Under the pieces are notes generated by a model that was given only the letters and a program-made list of their open reading frames with translations, did no database searches and was not told the origin of the DNA. A DNA stretch of 63,910 nucleotides, the filler included, from Octopus bimaculoides (lineage: Eukaryota): NCBI RefSeq assembly GCF_001194135.2. It is 6 parts of 6 records of this genome, joined end to end, with 100 filler letters (N's around TTAATTAATTAA, not from the genome) between each part and the next. Parts side by side here need not be neighbours in the genome. Positions count along the whole stretch, not along the records: positions 61,032 to 63,910 come from NC_068987.1; 5 more parts are not named here. One strand, 5' to 3'. Both the position numbers and the translations under genes were made by a program. How positions within the stretch are numbered: position 1 is the stretch's first letter; each line of letters begins with the position of its first letter. This document shows, one piece after another, positions 60,932 to 63,910 of the stretch.

Positions 60932-62122
60932 NNNNNNNNNNNNNNNNNNNNNNNNNNNNNNNNNNNNNNNNNNNNTTAATTAATTAANNNNNNNNNNNNN
61001 NNNNNNNNNNNNNNNNNNNNNNNNNNNNNNNATATATATACTAGGGTCTTCTTTCAGTTTACGTCTACCAAATCCACTCACAAGGCTTTGATCGTCCGGA
61101 GGCTATAGTAAAAAACGTTTGCCCAAAATGCTACGCAGTGGAACTGAGTCCCGAACGATGTAGTTGAGAACAGGCTTCTTACCATACAGCCACGCCTGCG
61201 CCTGAAGTCTATATATTTCCGAAACTCTTTGTTAACCTCCATAGTAATTTCATGTTCTTTTGTAAAGCTAGATAATTTTCTTTCTCCAATGAGAAAACGT
61301 TATTAAATTTTTTAAAGATTTTAAAATCCAGGTGCTTTAAAATAGAATAAACGAAATTCCACCTTAAAAATAAACACATTAAAAATGTTAATGAAATAAT
61401 TATATAAAAGAAATATATCACTATTACACCTCAGAACGTATTCACCATTACGATCTAACATGAAAAATGTCAAATAAAGCGTCAAATCGCCCTGCTAGAT
61501 AGTCTAACTAAATTACTCTACCTATGACATCACACTTCTGACAAAAGGTAGGGTACATTAAACCGACGAGCAAGGACGACTTTACGTAGGAGGTCGAACT
61601 GTTAGAAGCAGCAGCCAAATTTACTATCTTATTGCAACCTATATCTTAGAAAAGGAGAAGGTACATTAAATAACCCATCCCTTCCGATAGACTAAGCCGT
61701 TTTCGTTGGAATTTGTTGGCTCATTTCCATTCTTTCTTTCACTCATGTTAATAGTATTTCATACACTTAAAGTTTATGTCAATAACATTATAACTTAAAT
61801 TCCCCTTTCAAGCCACAATTGTTAATAGTAGTTAGCCACAATCTCAACTTGGCATCAGTCTCATTCCCACCTTAGTACTATTTTAGATCTACCGTAAAGG
61901 CTCCTTATTGCCAGTTCCCTAAGCAACCGAATCAGCTTCTTTCCAATTTCAAAATGAAATTAACCCTACTTAGTAGAGACATTTTTTCTTTTCTTTTTGT
62001 ATCTGTGAGTAATCACTCGACATTGTCGAAACAACTCACCTAAACTCGCCGGAAGGTTTCTTTGAGTCTATTAAGGTGATAATATCATCCATAAGATCAC
62101 ACAGTGGCAGTTGTTTTGACTG

Positions 62123-62194
62123 CTTTTTGACCTTTCTTTCTTTCGTATAGCTTTTTGCTCTTCTCAAAAGCAACTCCATATTCATCAGAAAGAG
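62123..62194 (-). ncRNA. Degenerate hammerhead ribozyme remnant in the Penelope 3' UTR
   Basis: CUCUUU-CUGAUGA-[stem II]-GAAA-GAAAGAAAG-GUC-AAAAAG; stem I pairs 5/6; stem II closing pair is A-C; stem III cannot form. Confidence 0.45.
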
Positions 62195-63160
62195 ACACCA
62201 TGATGCTTATTTCTTATAATTCCCAGTTGATCGCGAAATCCTTGATGGTAGTATGCTCCAAAGTATCACATTAAAATTTTACGAACTTTCATATCCTGGT
62301 GTTGGATATTTAATTTAACGAAGCAAGAAGAAAGAAAGTATTCACATGAGGTGAAAGGCTGAAAGGAAAATCGTTCATTCATAACTGTTGGGGACATAGT
62401 GCCAAGATCAAATATGAGACGCTGCTCCTTTCGTTTCCTAGAGAAGGGGGATCCGTGGCGCAAGGCCATACCACACATTGATTAATATGCAATAGAATGG
62501 CTCACAGTGTTGAAGTGGGTGGTGACAAGTTGGCCTGGCGTACGAAGCATTATGGTTCTGATGTGTTCGCGAAAGCGATCCCAAAGACGTCACCCTGTTT
62601 CTCCAATGTAAAGAGCACCGCAGAGTTTGCATATGATGCCATATATGAGATTCGCCGAAGTGCAACAAAAGTGGTGTGTTGTTGCTTCTTGGGCCCCGTG
62701 ATGATAGTAATATTGTTGATGCTGGAGCATGTGTTACATCGTCGGCGAGAACACTTAAAGGTCCCTTGTTGTGCGGAGCTGGGAGCTGTGAAGTTTCTAA
62801 CGAGGAGATTTCTATGACACCTATCTTCTTAAAATACAGGAAAGGCGGTGTGGTAAAGATAGGGGCGGTTATTGGGTCAGAAAAAAAGAACTTGAAATTT
62901 GTGGGTGAGTTTGTGCTTTAGAGTGGGTATGGACGGGTGGTAGGTGAGAGGGAGTGGAATACGGTCGGTGGAAATGCGTGAAGATGGTAGGAGAGTTGCG
63001 GTGCGGTTGACGGCTTGGGCTCGGTGGAGTGCCGGGTCGACAACTGAAGAAGGATACCCTCGATTTATAAAAAAAGCTGTCGCAGCGTTTTGGAATTAGA
63101 TTCGAAATCAGAATCGATGCTGCAAAGTCGTCGAAGGCGATGTGTGCATGAGTCAATGTG
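62123..63160 (-). mobile_element. Penelope-like element 3' part (RT thumb, GIY-YIG endonuclease, 3' UTR), decayed
   Basis: Minus strand HRLRRLCSIDSDFES..NRGYPSSVV; GTFKCSRRRCNTC; CTSANLIYGIICKLCGALYIGETG*RLWDRFREH; RKRKEQRLIFDLGTMSP.VMNERFSF. Confidence 0.9.
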
Positions 63161-63476
63161 TATATATTCACTAACGCATCTTTACTTCACTCGCTGGCGA
63201 ATGTAATGCTCCCATAATACTTCTCCGACATCAACCGACCATATCCATAAGAAGTAGATAGAAGTATATTAATATCTGCAGATATTGGTATTACGCTAAT
63301 ACACATCATTAAGATCGTTATCAAAATATAAAATATACTCTTTTACTTAGTACAGAGGATATTTAAGATTTTCCAACAAAAATATTGGATATTCTAAAAT
63401 TATAAAGCTTTCGCCAAACACATATGCACACTGAGATACTTACGTATAAACATGCAGTAACATCCAAATAGACATT

Positions 63477-63522
<46 letters not shown>

Positions 63523-63859
63523 AATTAAAGGTTAATGTCATATGTCAGTGTGTTTAATACTTTATACATACATGCATATACAACACACCATGCATACATA
63601 TGGGAGTGTGCGTACATATAAATGTATATATATATGTATATATGTATAATTATATATATGTATATGCACATATATATATATACATATACATTTAAATATT
63701 TACTTACATATATTATACACAAGCACAGACACAATCACATACACACAAAACATATGCATATGCATACGTATATGTATATAACGTGTACACGGATATATTA
63801 TATGCGTATACAGACACCCACAAACACACCTACATATATATGTACAAGTTTGATACTTA

Positions 63860-63910
<51 letters not shown>

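Noticed and set aside
60650-63160. Two Penelope fragments facing each other as an inverted pair
   Set aside because: A synthetic linker (60932-61031) separates them, so their relative position is not evidence.

Overview
Eukaryotic, AT-rich, gap-ridden and repeat-dense DNA. The SINE families, microsatellite load and clustered single-exon C2H2 zinc-finger (ZNF) genes point to an octopus genome (inference). The window is not one continuous contig: five identical 100-nt linkers (44 N + TTAATTAATTAA + 44 N) split it into six segments (1-14133, 14234-27833, 27934-34435, 34536-41788, 41889-60931, 61032-63910), so adjacency across linkers cannot be trusted. Host genes supported by sequence are a C2H2-ZNF cluster and two spliced exons of a probably secreted CBM14/peritrophin-A chitin-binding protein. 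The cluster has one intact 12-finger ORF, one partial ORF, one frameshifted pseudogene and three copies of a shared 5' module, two of them head-to-head. The rest is transposon-derived: a near-full-length Tx1/L1-clade LINE plus 3' fragments, RTE-like, R4/Dong-like and Penelope fragments, three mariner remnants, Helitron fragments, hAT-like MITEs and at least three tRNA-headed SINE families. The strongest hidden signal is a complete, canonical type I hammerhead ribozyme on the minus strand at 13310-13395. It has the minimal palindromic stem III typical of Penelope-associated ribozymes and an unusually long stem II; a decayed counterpart lies behind the Penelope ORF at 62.1 kb. Other notable points are a 3' tail shared by a SINE and Tx1 LINE ends, a four-finger periodicity in the ZNF array, and long inverted repeats inside the putative ZNF pre-mRNAs. 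Most ORFs in the supplied track are microsatellite or N-gap artefacts. Element boundaries without TSD or TIR support are approximate, and family names rest on motif recognition, not database searches.
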